Below, in pieces: positions 10,265 through 22,439 of a stretch of DNA of 32,414 nt (positions are counted from its first letter, which is position 1; every line of letters starts with the position of its first letter). Position numbers and translations under genes: made by a program. The notes under the pieces are model-generated. The model saw only the letters and a list, made by a program, of their open reading frames with translations. It did not search any database and was not told the origin of the DNA. Origin of the DNA: Octopus bimaculoides (Eukaryota); the NCBI RefSeq assembly GCF_001194135.2, contig NC_068993.1, positions 9,784,398 to 9,816,811 of the forward strand, written 5' to 3'.

Positions 10265-10621
10265 GACAGTAGGCAGGGTATTCCTTTCATGTTATTTTTC
10301 TGTATAAAATTGCACCAAGTATAAGAAGAAATATAAGGGTGAGGTATTGCTATACAATAATTCAGAAATTAGTGTGCTAAACACCATAATTTTCTTTTGG
10401 ATGTGTATGTTCTAAGCAGATAACAAATATGCATTTACTCTTTTACTTGTTTCAGTCACTTGACTGCAGCCATGCTGGAGCAGCACCTTTAGTCGAGCAA
10501 ATCGACCCCAGGACTTATTCTTTGTAAGCCTAGTACTTATTCTATCAGTCTCTTTTTGCCGAACTGCTAAGTTACGGGGACATAAGCACACCAGCATCGG
10601 TTGTCAAGTGATGGTGGGGGT

Positions 10622-10664
<43 letters not shown>

Positions 10665-11250
10665 TATATATATATACATACATATATACGACAGGCTTCT
10701 TTCAGTTTCCGTCTACCAAATCCACTCATAAGGCTTTGGTCGGCCCGAGGCTATAGTAGAAGACACTTGCCCAAGGTGCCACGCAGTGGGAATGAACCCG
10801 GAACCATGTGGCTGGTAAGCAAGCTACTTACCACACAGCCACTCCACATAAAAATTGGAGAGAGAGGGTTCTGATAACCCTTTCTATAATTTTTCAGTTT
10901 TGACTTTTTTTAAAAACAAAAAATTTCAGATTGATAATCTCAAATGTTTTTTTTACATAAACTTGGGTGGGGGTTGAGGACCTTTTTAAAAGAAAGGTCC
11001 CCATCTGCCCATTGAAAAATTTATGGAAAAGGGTGGAAATATCCCCCAAACTTTGGTTATGTAGCAGTGTAAGTAACTTTGAATGTAGGTAAAAGGCTAC
11101 AAATTTAGCAGTGAGGGGTTACTTAATGATAGTGATGACTTCAGTGTTATCAACCCTGGAAGGATTGAAAGCAAAGTTGACCTCAGCAGGGTTTGAGCTC
11201 AATGAAGTTAGTGACATAGTGAGGGTTTTAGTCACCCATTTCATTAAGAT
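10265..11250 (+). repeat. Second copy of the duplicated segment, interrupted by SINE A
   Basis: Same shared blocks as 1995-2636. It also contains catgttatttttctgtataaaattgcaccaa (10288-10318), which matches the flanks of the HINE at 1207-1580. Confidence 0.85.
10436..10845 (-). mobile_element. SINE family A, full-length young copy
   Basis: Head, core, (CA)n/(TA)n and tail are intact. It is absent from the paralogous site near 2210. Confidence 0.95.
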
Positions 11251-11594
11251 GAAATTTTGATGGATGGATGGTTTATGCCATAGGCTGGAAGATTAATAAC
11301 AATGAAACACAGTGTATTTGAACATAAAACATGGTGACAAAAATAGTCAAAGATGCTGTTGTTTCAAACATGAAAGAATCTAAATAACACTAAACATTCT
11401 TGATTTATTATCTCCGCCATTAGTGTCCTACATTATGTCAAAATGATGCTGTGTCATACTTTTTAACCTCTTGTCAATCCTGGTTAAGCAGACTTAAGAT
11501 TAAAGGTCATTCTCAATGGGATCATCTTATCTTGCTGATACTAAATATCTTGAAATACCTTCTTTAATTTGTTACATTTTTTTTTTCAAAAAAT

Positions 11595-11827
11595 GGACAC
11601 GGGCATGTGGTAAGAAGTTTGCTTCCCAACCTCATGGTTCTGGATTCAGTCCCACCTTATGGCCCCATTGGAAAAATGTCTTTAACTACAACCTTGTGAC
11701 TAGCTTTGGTAGATGGAAACTGGAAGAAGCCTGTCATGTGTGTATGTGTCTTTGTCCCCCCACCACCACTTTACAGCCAGTTGTACATCTTTGTAACTTG
11801 GTGGTTTGGCATGAATGGGACTTGCAA
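11595..11827 (+). mobile_element. SINE family A, diverged copy hosting a B insertion
   Basis: gtggtaagaagtttgcttcccaacctcatggttctggattcagtccc...ggaaactggaagaagcctg. Confidence 0.8.
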
Positions 11828-12060
11828 GGCGGTGAGCTGGCAGAAACGTTAGCACGCCTGGCGAAATGCTTAGCGGTATTTCGTCTGTCTTTACGTTCGG
11901 AGTTCAAATTCCGCCAAGGTCGACTTTGCCTTTCATCCTTTCAGGGTCGATAAATTAAGTACCAGTTACCCACTGGGGTCGATGTAATCGACTTAATCCC
12001 TTTGTCTGTCCTTGTTTGTCCCCTCTATGTTTAGCCCCTTGTGGGCAATAAAGAAATAAG
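11828..12060 (+). mobile_element. SINE family B, full-length with a 14-bp TSD
   Basis: ggcggtgagctggcagaaacg...gagttcaaattccgcc...gggcaataaagaaataag; TSD aatgggacttgcaa (11814-11827) and aatggaacttgcaa (12061-12074), one mismatch. Confidence 0.95.
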
Positions 12061-12228
12061 AATGGAACTTGCAATAAAATTAAAATTATAATTTCCTTTT
12101 GAATATACCAGATGCAGCATACTTTGTTCATTGTGGGGCATGCCTCTGGGTGGGAAATCAGTGTAGTGTGGGGCAAAACAGTTGATTTAGTCCTTTTAAC
12201 ACTTTTGTTACCGCATTTCGTTCAAACT

Positions 12229-12451
12229 ACTCAGAACGTAAGCGGCAGACGAAATACCGCTAAGCATTTCGCCCGGCGTGCTAATGTTTCTGCCAGCTCG
12301 CTGCCGTTCAGTTTCTGTCTACCAAATCCACTCAGAAGGGTTTGGTTGGCCCGAGGCTATAGCAGAAGATACTTGCCAAAGGTGCCATGCAGTGGGACTG
12401 AACCTGGAACCATGTGGTTGGTAAGCTAGCTACTTACCACACAGCCACTCC
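12229..12451 (-). mobile_element. SINE A head half (12307-12451) joined to a SINE B head (12229-12305)
   Basis: Both are reverse complements of intact copies; the junction is ctcgctgcc|g|ttcagtttctgtc. Confidence 0.9.
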
Positions 12452-12950
12452 TATATATTTTTGTCCCTTGTTTTCAGGTAGAGGGACTTGATTTGGGGGA
12501 GATATTGGCTGCTATTTTTAAACAAAACATATCACTTTTCCAAGACAAGCAGACTTAATTTGAGGGAACTTTTTAACAGCTGTATTTTGCCAGACTCGCT
12601 CACTTTTCCAAACCATATTGCTTTACCTGGCTGTATTGCTTTGCCAGATGTTAACACTGCTTCATATATTATAAAGCAATTTCATAGCTATGAAAATTAC
12701 TGAACCATTTTCAGGTGAAAAAAATCGAGCTTTTCTTTCATATGTCAGATTTAACATTGCACTGTCACATCTATAGCCATTTTGGTCGGTATACTCTTTG
12801 TTATTCATAAATTCCAGACACACATCATTTAACTCGACAAGTTAGAACTCTTAGATGCTTTGTGTTAAAGGTATTTTTAGATGTTTTTATATAATATATA
12901 TATATATATATACCTTTTGATTCTATATAATATGTTTACAAAACAATCAT

Positions 12951-13132
12951 GGCCATCGTACAAGCTTGGGTGTATGGTTTGAGAGGCTTGTTTTGCAACC
13001 AAACGATTTCAGGTTCAATCCCATGGCTTGGTATTTTGAGCAAGTGTCTTCTACTCTATCTCTGAGCTGATCAATGTTTCAAGTGGATTTTGGCAGATGG
13101 AAACTGGAAGAAGCCTGTTATATATGCACGTT

Positions 13133-13170
<38 letters not shown>

Positions 13171-13455
13171 CTTGTTTCGACATGTTGGTTTTATGATTGT
13201 AAATAAGCATCACCATCATACAAGTGCTGTCGTCCATTTCCAGTCCTCCTTGAAAAACATTTAGCCATGGGAAAATATCACCAGAGTTGGAATCGGGTGA
13301 GAGCTGGCAACAGGAAACAACATTTGGCTAAAGAAAATCTGCCTCACCAGATCCTGTCTGACCCATACAAACATAGAAAAGTNNNNNNNNNNAAATCTGC
13401 CTCACCAGATCCTGTCTGACCCATACAAACATAGAAAAGTGGATGTTAAATGATT
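12951..13455 (+). mobile_element. SINE with a family-A head and core but a different, family-D-like tail
   Basis: Head and core (ggttcaatccc...gagcaagtgtcttctact...ggaaactggaagaagcctg), then (TG)n, then gagctggcaacaggaa...aaaatctgcctc...ctgacccatacaaacatagaaaagtggatgttaaatga. Confidence 0.75.
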
Positions 13456-14659
13456 TTTTTTTTTATTATTTTTCTAAATTTTGCTCTTTAGAAAATGCAA
13501 AACAAACCTTATTAATTTCTTATTAATAATCTTTGTTCAACATTTTAAACAATATTTTTGATTCCGTAAAGTGATTTTATAATTTATCTTTTCCCTTTTT
13601 TTTTTTTTTTTTCTGAATATAATTTTATTTTTAATCAAGAGTTTGTGGACAAAATAAGGAAAAATAGATATTGAATGTTTTCTTATCTAAGAAATTGAGT
13701 GTTTTCAATAATTATTAAAAATGTTTGTTTTTGTGATGTGAGTCTGTGTGTATTTATTTATTTATTTATTTATGTATGTATGTATACAGTTGTATCTGTA
13801 GATCTTTGCATATGTACACAAATGCATACACATACATAAACACATGTATGAATACACGTGCACACTAATGCATGGACACATACGTGCACATGTACACATG
13901 TATACTCACACTTATTTATAAGTAGGACAAGTATATACATCCGAATATTTAGAATTACACATGAATACATATATATACAGGCACATATATACACACAAAA
14001 AATTGTGTGTTTATGTATGTATATGTATGTGCCTGCTCACATATTCACATAAAAATACTCACACATACTCTATCTCTCTTACAAATTGTGATGAACACAC
14101 ACACACACACACACACACTTAAATTCTGAAGAACACGCACACACACGTGCATTCCCTCTCTAACAGATCTATAAAACTTGTAAATTTTTAACATCCAATA
14201 TTACTGCAAATAATAAAAAAAAAAGAGAAAAAAGAGAAATAGCCTTAACATACTCATTTATTTATCTATTTTCCTTTATTTATTTATCTATTATTTATCA
14301 AAGTATTTATGTATTTTACGAGTTTCTGTTCAAATATTGGAAACTTCCAAATCCATCACATATTTCGGTTGGACTGAATAACTGTTTATTGATTACTTTA
14401 ACATATGATATAGTATACCCCCATCTCTCCCCCACTCAACGTACAAGTTATTTTGGGAAGATTTTTGGCTATATTCCATTGAATTCTTTCTAATTTCTAT
14501 CTATCTATCTATCTATCCTTTTGTTTCTATTTATCTGTCTGTCCATCTCTGTTTGTGGGTGTCTGTCTGCCTGTGTTTTCTATCTGTCTGTCTCTGTGTC
14601 TATCTATATCTATTGATCTCTGTGTTTATCTGTGTCTATCTATTTTCATGTCTGTCTAG

Positions 14660-14838
14660 CCATCTCTCTCTTTCTACATCTCTCTCTCTCTTTCTACATC
14701 TCTCTCTCTCTTTCTACATCTCTCTCTCTCTTTCTACATCTCTCTCTCTCTTTCTACATCTCTCTCTCTCTTTCTACATCTCTCTCTCTCTTTCTACATC
14801 TCTCTCTCTCTTTCTACATCTCTTTCTCTCTTTCTACA

Positions 14839-14926
<88 letters not shown>

Positions 14927-15430
14927 ATCTCTCCGTCCGTCTCTCACTCTTTCTACATCTCTTGCTCCCTCTCTCTCTCTACATCTCTCCCTTTACATCT
15001 CTCCATCTCTCTCTCCTCCTCTCTCTCTCTCTCTACATCTCTCCATCTGTCTCTCTCTCTACATCTCTCCATCTGTCTCTCTCTCTACATCTCTCCATCT
15101 GTCTCTCTCTCTACATCTCTCCATCTGTCTCTCTCTCTACATCTCTCCGTCTGTCTCTCTTTCTACATCTCTCCATCTCTCCGTCTCTCCGTCTCTCTCT
15201 CTCTCTCTCTACATCTCTCCGTCTCTCTCTCTCTCTCTACATCTCTCCATCTCTCTCTCTCTCTACATCTCTCTGTCCCTCTCTCTCTACATCTCTCTGT
15301 CCCTCTCTCTCTACATCTCTCCGTCTCTCTCTCTCGACATCTCTCCATCTCTCTTTCTACATCTCTCCGTTTCTCTCTGTCCCTCTCTCTCTACATCTCT
15401 CTCTCTCGACATCTCTCCATCTCTCTCCCT
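14660..15430. repeat. CT-rich satellite: a 20-nt unit (tttctacatctctctctctc, ~8 copies at 14671-14840) decaying into ctctacatctctcc variants
   Basis: Directly visible. Confidence 0.95.
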
Positions 15431-15518
15431 TCTCATATATAGAGGTTAAATAAACAAATCAACAGCCCTAAATAAATAAATAGAATAATTCAGAAGGCAA
15501 ATCTATAGAACCAGCCAT

Positions 15519-15561
<43 letters not shown>

Positions 15562-15862
15562 TCTCCACCCTCTGGTTCAGTATGGGTTTTCAGTCATGAG
15601 TGATAAGTATTAGAAATGATGGCGTTGGTATTAATGGTGGTGGAGGTGATGGCGGCGATAGTTTGGTGTGGAAAATGTAAAGGAAGACACAAATGAAAAG
15701 GAAGAAAATTGTGTGTGTAAGTGTGTGTGGGCATGTGTAGCAATAAGAAATAGTGTATGTATGTGTGTGTGTGTGTATGTGTGTGTGTGTGTATGTGTGT
15801 GTGTNNNNNNNNNNNNNNNNNNNNNNNNNNNNNNNNNNNNNNNNNNNNNNNNNNNNNNNNNN

Positions 15863-16030
15863 TGTGGGTGCGTATGTATGTGGGTGCGTATGTATGTGGG
15901 TGCGTATGTATGTGGGTGCGTATGTATGTGGGTGCGTATGTATGTGGGTGCGCATGTATGTATGTGTGTGGGTGCGCATGTATGTATGTGTGTGGATGCA
16001 TGTATGTATGTGTGTGGGTGCATGTATGTA
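15863..16030. repeat. 16-nt unit (tgtgggtgcgtatgta)n within a (TG)/(TA) microsatellite block
   Basis: Directly visible. Confidence 0.92.
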
Positions 16031-16093
16031 TGTGTGTGGGGGCTTATATATATATATATATGTTTGTGTAGGTGTAAGTATATATGTTTGTGG

Positions 16094-16139
<46 letters not shown>

Positions 16140-16557
16140 CTGATAAACACATGTTAATATCAATGGAAAATGCATGCACATGTGTGTGTGTGTGCAATGA
16201 TGCTAAACCAGTACATCAAACAAAACTACCTTGTATTTATTCTGCATGAGGTGCACAGACACTCCCCTGTCACTATCGGAAATATACGGAGCCAGTGATT
16301 GGTCCGTTAAAAGCCTATAATGATGAAAGATGTTATTCTCCAAAAATGCATGATATACAATATGTAATGGCACATACTCTTACTGTTCCTCTCTCTCCAC
16401 CTCCTCCTTTTCTAGCCTGATTTTAAATAAAGAGGGTGGGGGGCAGAGGTATTCTTCAGACACTGTTCCATGTCTTGTCCAAAAGCACAGGATGCTACCT
16501 GTCAAAGATATCAATTTAGAACTTTTTATCTTCACTGATGCCGTTTTCTTCATCCAC

Positions 16558-16693
16558 CTATCTTTTACTTGTTTTTCAGTCATTAGACTACGGCCATGCT
16601 GGAGCACTGCCTCGAAGGATTTTAGTTGAACAAATTGATCCCAGTGCCTTTTTTTTTTTCTTTAAAGCCTGGTACTTTATTGGTCTTTTTTGC

Positions 16694-16698
<5 letters not shown>
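16558..16698 (-). mobile_element. SINE family A tail fragment
   Basis: tcttttacttgtttttcagtcattagactacggccatgctggagcactgcc. Confidence 0.85.
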
Positions 16699-16742
<44 letters not shown>

Positions 16743-16745
16743 TTT

Positions 16746-16777
<32 letters not shown>

Positions 16778-17204
16778 TTTTCTCTCTTTCTCTCTTTCTC
16801 TGTATGTGAATAAAAACATCCTGACAGAGAGATGATACAAAGACAGACAGGGAAAACCAGGACGGATCATTCGTGGCCTTCTGTTCATCAGTCAAGTTTC
16901 CAATCATCATTACAGTTTCGGCCTGTTACACTTGAGACTGTTCAAAATTGGTAGGCTCCAAAAAATCTAAGCCAAAAGCATTAAATTTTTGGAAGAAACC
17001 AAGTGAATGTGTATGACAACACAGACAAAAAGAGAAAACAGAGAAAATGTTACACAATTACAAATACAAACATAAGAATAAGAACAGGTGTCTTTCGAGC
17101 ATGGATTACATTGTTTAAAGTTTTCTTTATTTAAGACAGTTGCGTGTGATTTTGAGGGGGATTTGGCTGCCATTTCTAACAATTTCTCAAGAGTCATTTG
17201 AACA

Positions 17205-17495
17205 AAATTGATAGACCAATGCCATGTGAGTGGAATTGGTCAGTGAAAACTGTGTGGAAACCTGCTGTATGTTTGTGTCTTTGTGTTTGTTTCTCTTTTT
17301 CACTGCTTAAAAATCAAGATTTGTTTCTATTCCCATATATAAGAGGTTTGTGCAAAAGAGACCAACAGCGTGAGAACCATTCTTCAAAAATAACCACTGG
17401 GACCAATTTGTTTGACTAAACCCTTCAAGGTGGTACTCCAGCATGGCCACAATCCAACGACTGAAATGAGGTAAAGATAAGAGAAAGATAAAAGA
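17205..17495 (+). mobile_element. SINE family A, diverged 3' part
   Basis: gcaaaagagacc...gactaaacccttcaaggtggtactccagcatggccaca...gactgaaa. Confidence 0.75.
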
Positions 17496-17997
17496 TGTCC
17501 AACTGATGGATAATATCTTATTATTGACTTCAATACATCTAACACTCGATATTGAAATGCTATCATGCAACAAACAGAATCAAGTTTCACATTAAAATTA
17601 AATAATTTTCTTGTTTTATTATTCAACTCATTTTATCACCATTCAATACTTCATGTTTATACTTTTTTACATTTTTGAAAATTCCTTGCGTCTTTTTAAT
17701 AGATTTGAAAGCTGCCCTGATTGAATTAAATTACGACTAAATTGAGTTCTTTGATTACTAATTGGCAGCTTTCATTAAACAGCAACGATTTTACTTGCTT
17801 GTGCCATATATTGATTTTGATGAAAAATATAACTAGATGTATTTAAATGGATAATTCCCATATTTCAAAAATTTTTTTACGTTTATCTAGCCCACTATCC
17901 ATTCATTAATATACTATCAGGTCTGTAAATGCAGAAAGATAGTTGACCCTTTGTTGGGAATGACTTTTACAAGTGGGTACCACAGATGGTTTTAGTA

Positions 17998-18178
17998 TTA
18001 ACCCTCAGCATTAAATTACTCAGTCAAATGCATTGCTTATTTATTCACATTGTTTTGAATTAACCCTGCATTATCTTGTAGCTTCGAGATTTCGATGGTG
18101 TGATTGTAGATTTTAAGAATGAAATTGTAGAGTAAGTATGAGAGGCTGGATCTAGCCAGCCTGAACACAAAGCAAGTA
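17998..18178 (-). mobile_element. TTAA MITE type 1, partial
   Basis: TTAAccctcagcatt...gcttatttattcacattgttttgaattaa...tcttgtagcttcgagatttc is the reverse complement of the 9001/20311 body. Confidence 0.8.
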
Positions 18179-18184
18179 GTGTCA

Positions 18185-18230
<46 letters not shown>

Positions 18231-19348
18231 NNNNNNNNNNNNNNNNNNNNNNNNNNNNNNNNNNNNNNNNNNNNNNNNNNNNNNNNNNNNNNNNNNNNNN
18301 NNNNNNNNNNNNNNNNNNNNNNNNNNNNNNNNNNNNNNNNNNNNNNNNNNNNNNNNNNNNNNNNNNNNNNNNNNNNNNNNNNNNNNNNNNNNNNNNNNNN
18401 NNNNNNNNNNNNNNNNNNNNNNNNNNNNNNNNNNNNNNNNNNNNNNNNNNNNNNNNNNNNNNNNNNNNNNNNNNNNNNNNNNNNNNNNNNNNNNNNNNNN
18501 NNNNNNNNNNNNNNNNNNNNNNNNNNNNNNNNNNNNNNNNNNNNNNNNNNNNNNNNNNNNNNNNNNNNNNNNNNNNNNNNNNNNNNNNNNNNNNNNNNNN
18601 NNNNNNNNNNNNNNNNNNNNNNNNNNNNNNNNNNNNNNNNNNNNNNNNNNNNNNNNNNNNNNNNNNNNNNNNNNNNNNNNNNNNNNNNNNNNNNNNNNNN
18701 NNNNNNNNNNNNNNNNNNNNNNNNNNNNNNNNNNNNNNNNNNNNNNNNNNNNNNNNNNNNNNNNNNNNNNNNNNNNNNNNNNNNNNNNNNNNNNNNNNNN
18801 NNNNNNNNNNNNNNNNNNNNNNNNNNNNNNNNNNNNNNNNNNNNNNNNNNNNNNNNNNNNNNNNNNNNNNNNNNNNNNNNNNNNNNNNNNNNNNNNNNNN
18901 NNNNNNNNNNNNNNNNNNNNNNNNNNNNNNNNNNNNNNNNNNNNNNNNNNNNNNNNNNNNNNNNNNNNNNNNNNNNNNNNNNNNNNNNNNNNNNCCCCTT
19001 CCACCAATTTCATTTAGGAAGCATCGTTAACGACCAGAAAGTTTATCTTTTTTTTGTTATCCAACAAAGCAACTGCTTTGGTGTTTCCATGCCACATCCG
19101 ATTCCATCCCACCTCGTTACTTTACTTTGGCTATTAGCACATTATTAATTCCTCTGTACGCTAATTCCTTTTCATACATACATACATATAATTATGTCTC
19201 AAATCAAAAGCCTGAAGATTAAATTCTTTCTCTTTGTTTTTTGTTTCTACTTTTTTGGTTTTTCTGTTTTTGTCGTGTTTGAAGGTTGACCAAAAAGTTT
19301 TTGGGAACTTATGGAAGAGGAATTTCATTACAGTTATAAAGCATGCAT

Positions 19349-19606
19349 TTTATCTTTTACTTGTTTCAGTCATTTGACTGTGGCCAAGCTGGGGCACCTC
19401 CTTGAACAAATTTACTCCAATATTTATTTTTTCCCTAAATTTGGTACTTATCCTATCATTCTCTTTTTGCCAAACTGTTAAGTTACAAACAGACCAACAC
19501 TGGTTGTCAAACAGTGATTGGGGTACAGACACACCGCGTGCACACACACACACACACACATAGGTGTGTGTGTGTGTGTATACATGACAACTTTCTTTCA
19601 GTTCTA
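19349..19606 (-). mobile_element. SINE family A, tail half
   Basis: tcttttacttgtttcagtcatttgactgtggcc... through a microsatellite to ttctttcagtt. Confidence 0.85.
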
Positions 19607-19860
19607 TATTTAAGAGATGAGGAATTATGTACATTATTTACATTTGATGGATATTTGTCCTCATCTTCTTTGTTGTTAACACAATGTTTCAGCTGATATA
19701 CCCTCCAGCCTTCATCAGGTGTCTTGGAGAAATTTCGAACCTGGGTTCTCATTCCTAAGGTATTTTTCGATGTTGTTATTATTATTCTTCAGGTCACTGC
19801 TTGGAATCAAACTCGGAATCTTGGGGTTAGTAGCCTATGCGCATAATCATTATGCCATTA
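19607..19860 (-). mobile_element. tRNA-headed SINE family E with a Penelope-like body motif
   Basis: On the minus strand: tggcataatgattatgcgcataggctactaaccccaagattccgagtttgattcc (A/B-box-like) and an (aat)n tract. The body tgtttcagctgatataccctccagccttcatcaggtg resembles the acgtttcg...ccttcatcag motif of Penelope-type elements (from recall). Confidence 0.65.
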
Positions 19861-19939
19861 TTGGGTTGTGTCTGATCTGATAAGCAGAGCCGGCAGCTCA
19901 CGTCTTGAAAAATTAACCTTACTCCTTAGCAAGTTGTTT

Positions 19940-20200
19940 AGAATAACTGTTGCCATGCTGGAGTACCTCCTTGAAGTGTTCAGTTGAACAAGGCAACACC
20001 ATGGTACTTATTAAGTATGGCACTTATTCTGCAGGCCTCTTTTGCTGAATTGTTAAGATTTAAGGATGTAAACGAACCGACACCAGTTGTCTAGTGAAGG
20101 TGAGGGACAAACAAGGCAATTCCATGGAACATATTTTAAAGTCTGGTACTTATTCTATTGATCTCTTTTGCTGAACTGCTAAGTTATGTGTATGTGTATA
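19940..20200 (-). mobile_element. Two adjacent diverged SINE A tail fragments
   Basis: gccatgctggagtacc; ggtacttattctattgatctcttttgctgaactgctaagtta. Confidence 0.7.
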
Positions 20201-20310
20201 CACACACACACTCACACACATACACACGCATGCACATTCAAATCCTGTGGAAGTCAACTGAGTTTTTTAGTTCCTTGAAATAAATAAAATTAGTATCAAT
20301 AATTATATCT

Positions 20311-20538
20311 AACCCCTGAACATTTGAACTGGCCATATCTGGCCCAAATATTCTACATGTTTTGTGTTCGAACACGCCATATCTGACCTCTCACACCTAC
20401 CCTACAATACCAATGTCATTCTAAAAATAACCACATCATCAAAATCTCAAAGCTACAAGATAATACACAATTAATTCAATACAATGTGAATAAGCAAGCA
20501 TTACATGTGGCAATAACTGGAATGTTAAAGCATTAGAT
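20311..20538 (+). mobile_element. TTAA MITE type 1
   Basis: ctggccatatctggcccaaatattctac...gtcattctaaaaataacc...aatctcaaagctacaagataat...agcattaca. Confidence 0.8.
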
Positions 20539-20688
20539 TTTAACAATTGACTGTGACCCCCCCCCCACTGCCCTCTAGAAAGCAGTCTTTTTTTTTTATT
20601 AATCAAAATCTTTAATTATTTGTAAACTTTCATTTTTCTGTTCTTTCAGATGGAACATAAATAAATTTGGATATTTACATTTTTACAG

Positions 20689-20724
20689 ATGAAGAGATTT
20701 CATGAAGTCTGTTACAATTCATTG
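20689..20724 (+). CDS. Candidate 36-nt exon (phase 0 only: MKRFHEVCYNSL)
   Basis: Acceptor tttacatttttacag, donor TTG|GTAAGC, and a second upstream acceptor ttctgttctttcag at 20649. No homology recognised. Confidence 0.3.
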
Positions 20725-21457
20725 GTAAGCATAACAGTTGATCTTTTATTATTGAGCTTGTCTATATTATTGCAGGTCAACTCTTTTATAGTGAGTCCAG
20801 AGAGGCCTAAATTACACCTAGATTATAAACTTGCAAAGGTGGNNNNNNNNNNNNNNNNNNNNNNNNNNNNNNNNNNNNNNNNNNNNNNNNNNNNNNNNNN
20901 NNNNNNNNNNNNNNNNNNNNNNNNNNNNNNNNNNNNNNNNNNNNNNNNNNNNNNNNNNNNNNNNNNNNNNNNNNNNNNNNNNNNNNNNNNNNNNNNNNNN
21001 NNNNNNNNNNNNNNNNNNNNNNNNNNNNNNNNNNNNNNNNNNNNNNNNNNNNNNNNNNNNNNNNNNNNNNNNNNNNNNNNNNNNNNNNNNNNNNNNNNNN
21101 NNNNNNNNNNNNNNNNNNNNNNNNNNNNNNNNNNNNNNNNNNNNNNNNNNNNNNNNNNNNNNNNNNNNNNNNNNNNNNNNNNNNNNNNNNNNNNNNNNNN
21201 NNNNNNNNNNNNNNNNNNNNNNNNNNNNNNNNNNNNNNNNNNNNNNNNNNNNNNNNNNNNNNNNNNNNNNNNNNNNNNNNNNNNNNNNNNNNNNNNNNNN
21301 NNNNNNNNNNNNNNNNNNNNNNNNNNNNNNNNNNNNNNNNNNNNNNNNNNNNNNNNNNNNNNNNNNNNNNNNNNNNNNNNNNNNNNNNNNNNNNNNNNNN
21401 NNNNNNNNNNNNNNNNNNNNNNNNNNNNNNNNNNNNNNNNNNNNNNNNNNNNNNNNN

Positions 21458-21507
<50 letters not shown>

Positions 21508-21750
21508 CGTATATCGTCATCATCATGTGTATGTGTCTTTGTATCTGTGTTTGTCTCCCTATCACTGCTTGACAACTGGTGTTGGTTTGTTTACATCCCC
21601 ATAAATTAGCAGTTTGGCAAAAGAGACCAACAGAATAAAGCATACAAGGCTTAAACAATGAGTCCTGGGGATCGATTTCTTCAACAGAAAAAAACCCTTG
21701 AGGAGCTGTGCGCAGTCAAATGACTGAAACATGTAAAAGAATAAAAGAAC
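21458..21750 (+). mobile_element. SINE family A, 3' half after an N-gap
   Basis: (TA)n, then ctgcttgacaactggtgttgg...ggcaaaagagacc...cagtcaaatgactgaaac. Confidence 0.88.
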
Positions 21751-22051
21751 AACAAGAAGAACACATGCATGAATGAAGCCGAGACTCAACACCTGTTTCT
21801 GTCTTGAATAGATTTTGGTTCTTGCCTAGAAAGAACCATATTTCTAAATCTTAGGTTGTTGACATACTCTTTGCCTGTATGATACCAAATCTCTCACAGA
21901 CAGGTGTTCTACAGAACAAATTTTCAAATAATCCTACTTAAATTAAAACATTCCATCATATTTTTAAGAATCTTTTATGATATTATATTGCAGAAACGTA
22001 GAACAAGTATTTTGCTAAATTTCTCAAAGTTCTTGATTATCTTGAAATTAA

Positions 22052-22317
22052 TTAACCCTTTTGTTACTATTAATTTTGCTAAATCTCTCTAAAGTGTTGA
22101 TTATTTTGTCATTATGCTGCTTTTGTTTCAATTAATTTTGAAAATAATGAAGAATTTGGTAAAACAAATTTGTCCTTATTAATCTTTTTTTTTTTTTTTT
22201 TGGAACATAAATTAACATGAAATTTTGTATAGATTTTAATTTAGATCAATTTAAAACAGAAAGATTGTATCATGGATCGAGGAGCAGTGCTAGGTGGGTT
22301 GTTATGACAAGGGTTAA
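22052..22317 (+). mobile_element. TTAA MITE type 2, both ends present
   Basis: TTAAcccttttgttac...gacaagggTTAA, giving the piggyBac-style TTAA|CCC...GGG|TTAA arrangement. Confidence 0.85.
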
Positions 22318-22391
22318 AACAGTATAGTTTCATTAGAAATCGAAATTCCCTTTTTTATTTCTATTCTATTCATTTTTTTCCATACTGGTAG

Positions 22392-22439
22392 GAGTTGGGA
22401 TCCCTGTCACTTCCCCATCTCCTGCTTACAATACTGTTG
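22392..22439 (+). CDS. Candidate 48-nt symmetric exon (phase 1 reading GVGIPVTSPSPAYNTV; all three frames are open)
   Basis: A long T-rich tract ending ccatactggtag, donor TTG|GTAAAA, and higher GC than the flanks. Confidence 0.3.

Noticed and set aside
11516-12429. ORFs of 145 aa and 105 aa
   Set aside because: They run through SINE A and SINE B sequence; the same peptides recur at other SINE copies such as 31989-32201.
12480-12560. Apparent terminal exon VEGLDLGEILAAIFKQNISLFQDKQT* after a good acceptor
   Set aside because: tgatttgggggagatattggctgctattt matches tgattttgagggggatttggctgccattt near 17146-17175, so it is a repeat fragment.
13333-13442. 50-bp direct repeat on either side of a 10-N gap
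   Set aside because: The identical sequence flanking a minimal gap is typical of an unmerged contig overlap, i.e. an assembly artefact.
14553-16249. ORFs of 100-298 aa
   Set aside because: Simple-repeat translations.
16261-16320. Reverse CCAAT (16296-16302) plus TATAA (16316-16320) with three CpGs
   Set aside because: The spacing is too short for a canonical CCAAT/TATA promoter and there is no other support.
18060-21658. ORFs of 250-317 aa spanning N runs; likewise 28982-30071
   Set aside because: Artefacts of translating through assembly gaps.
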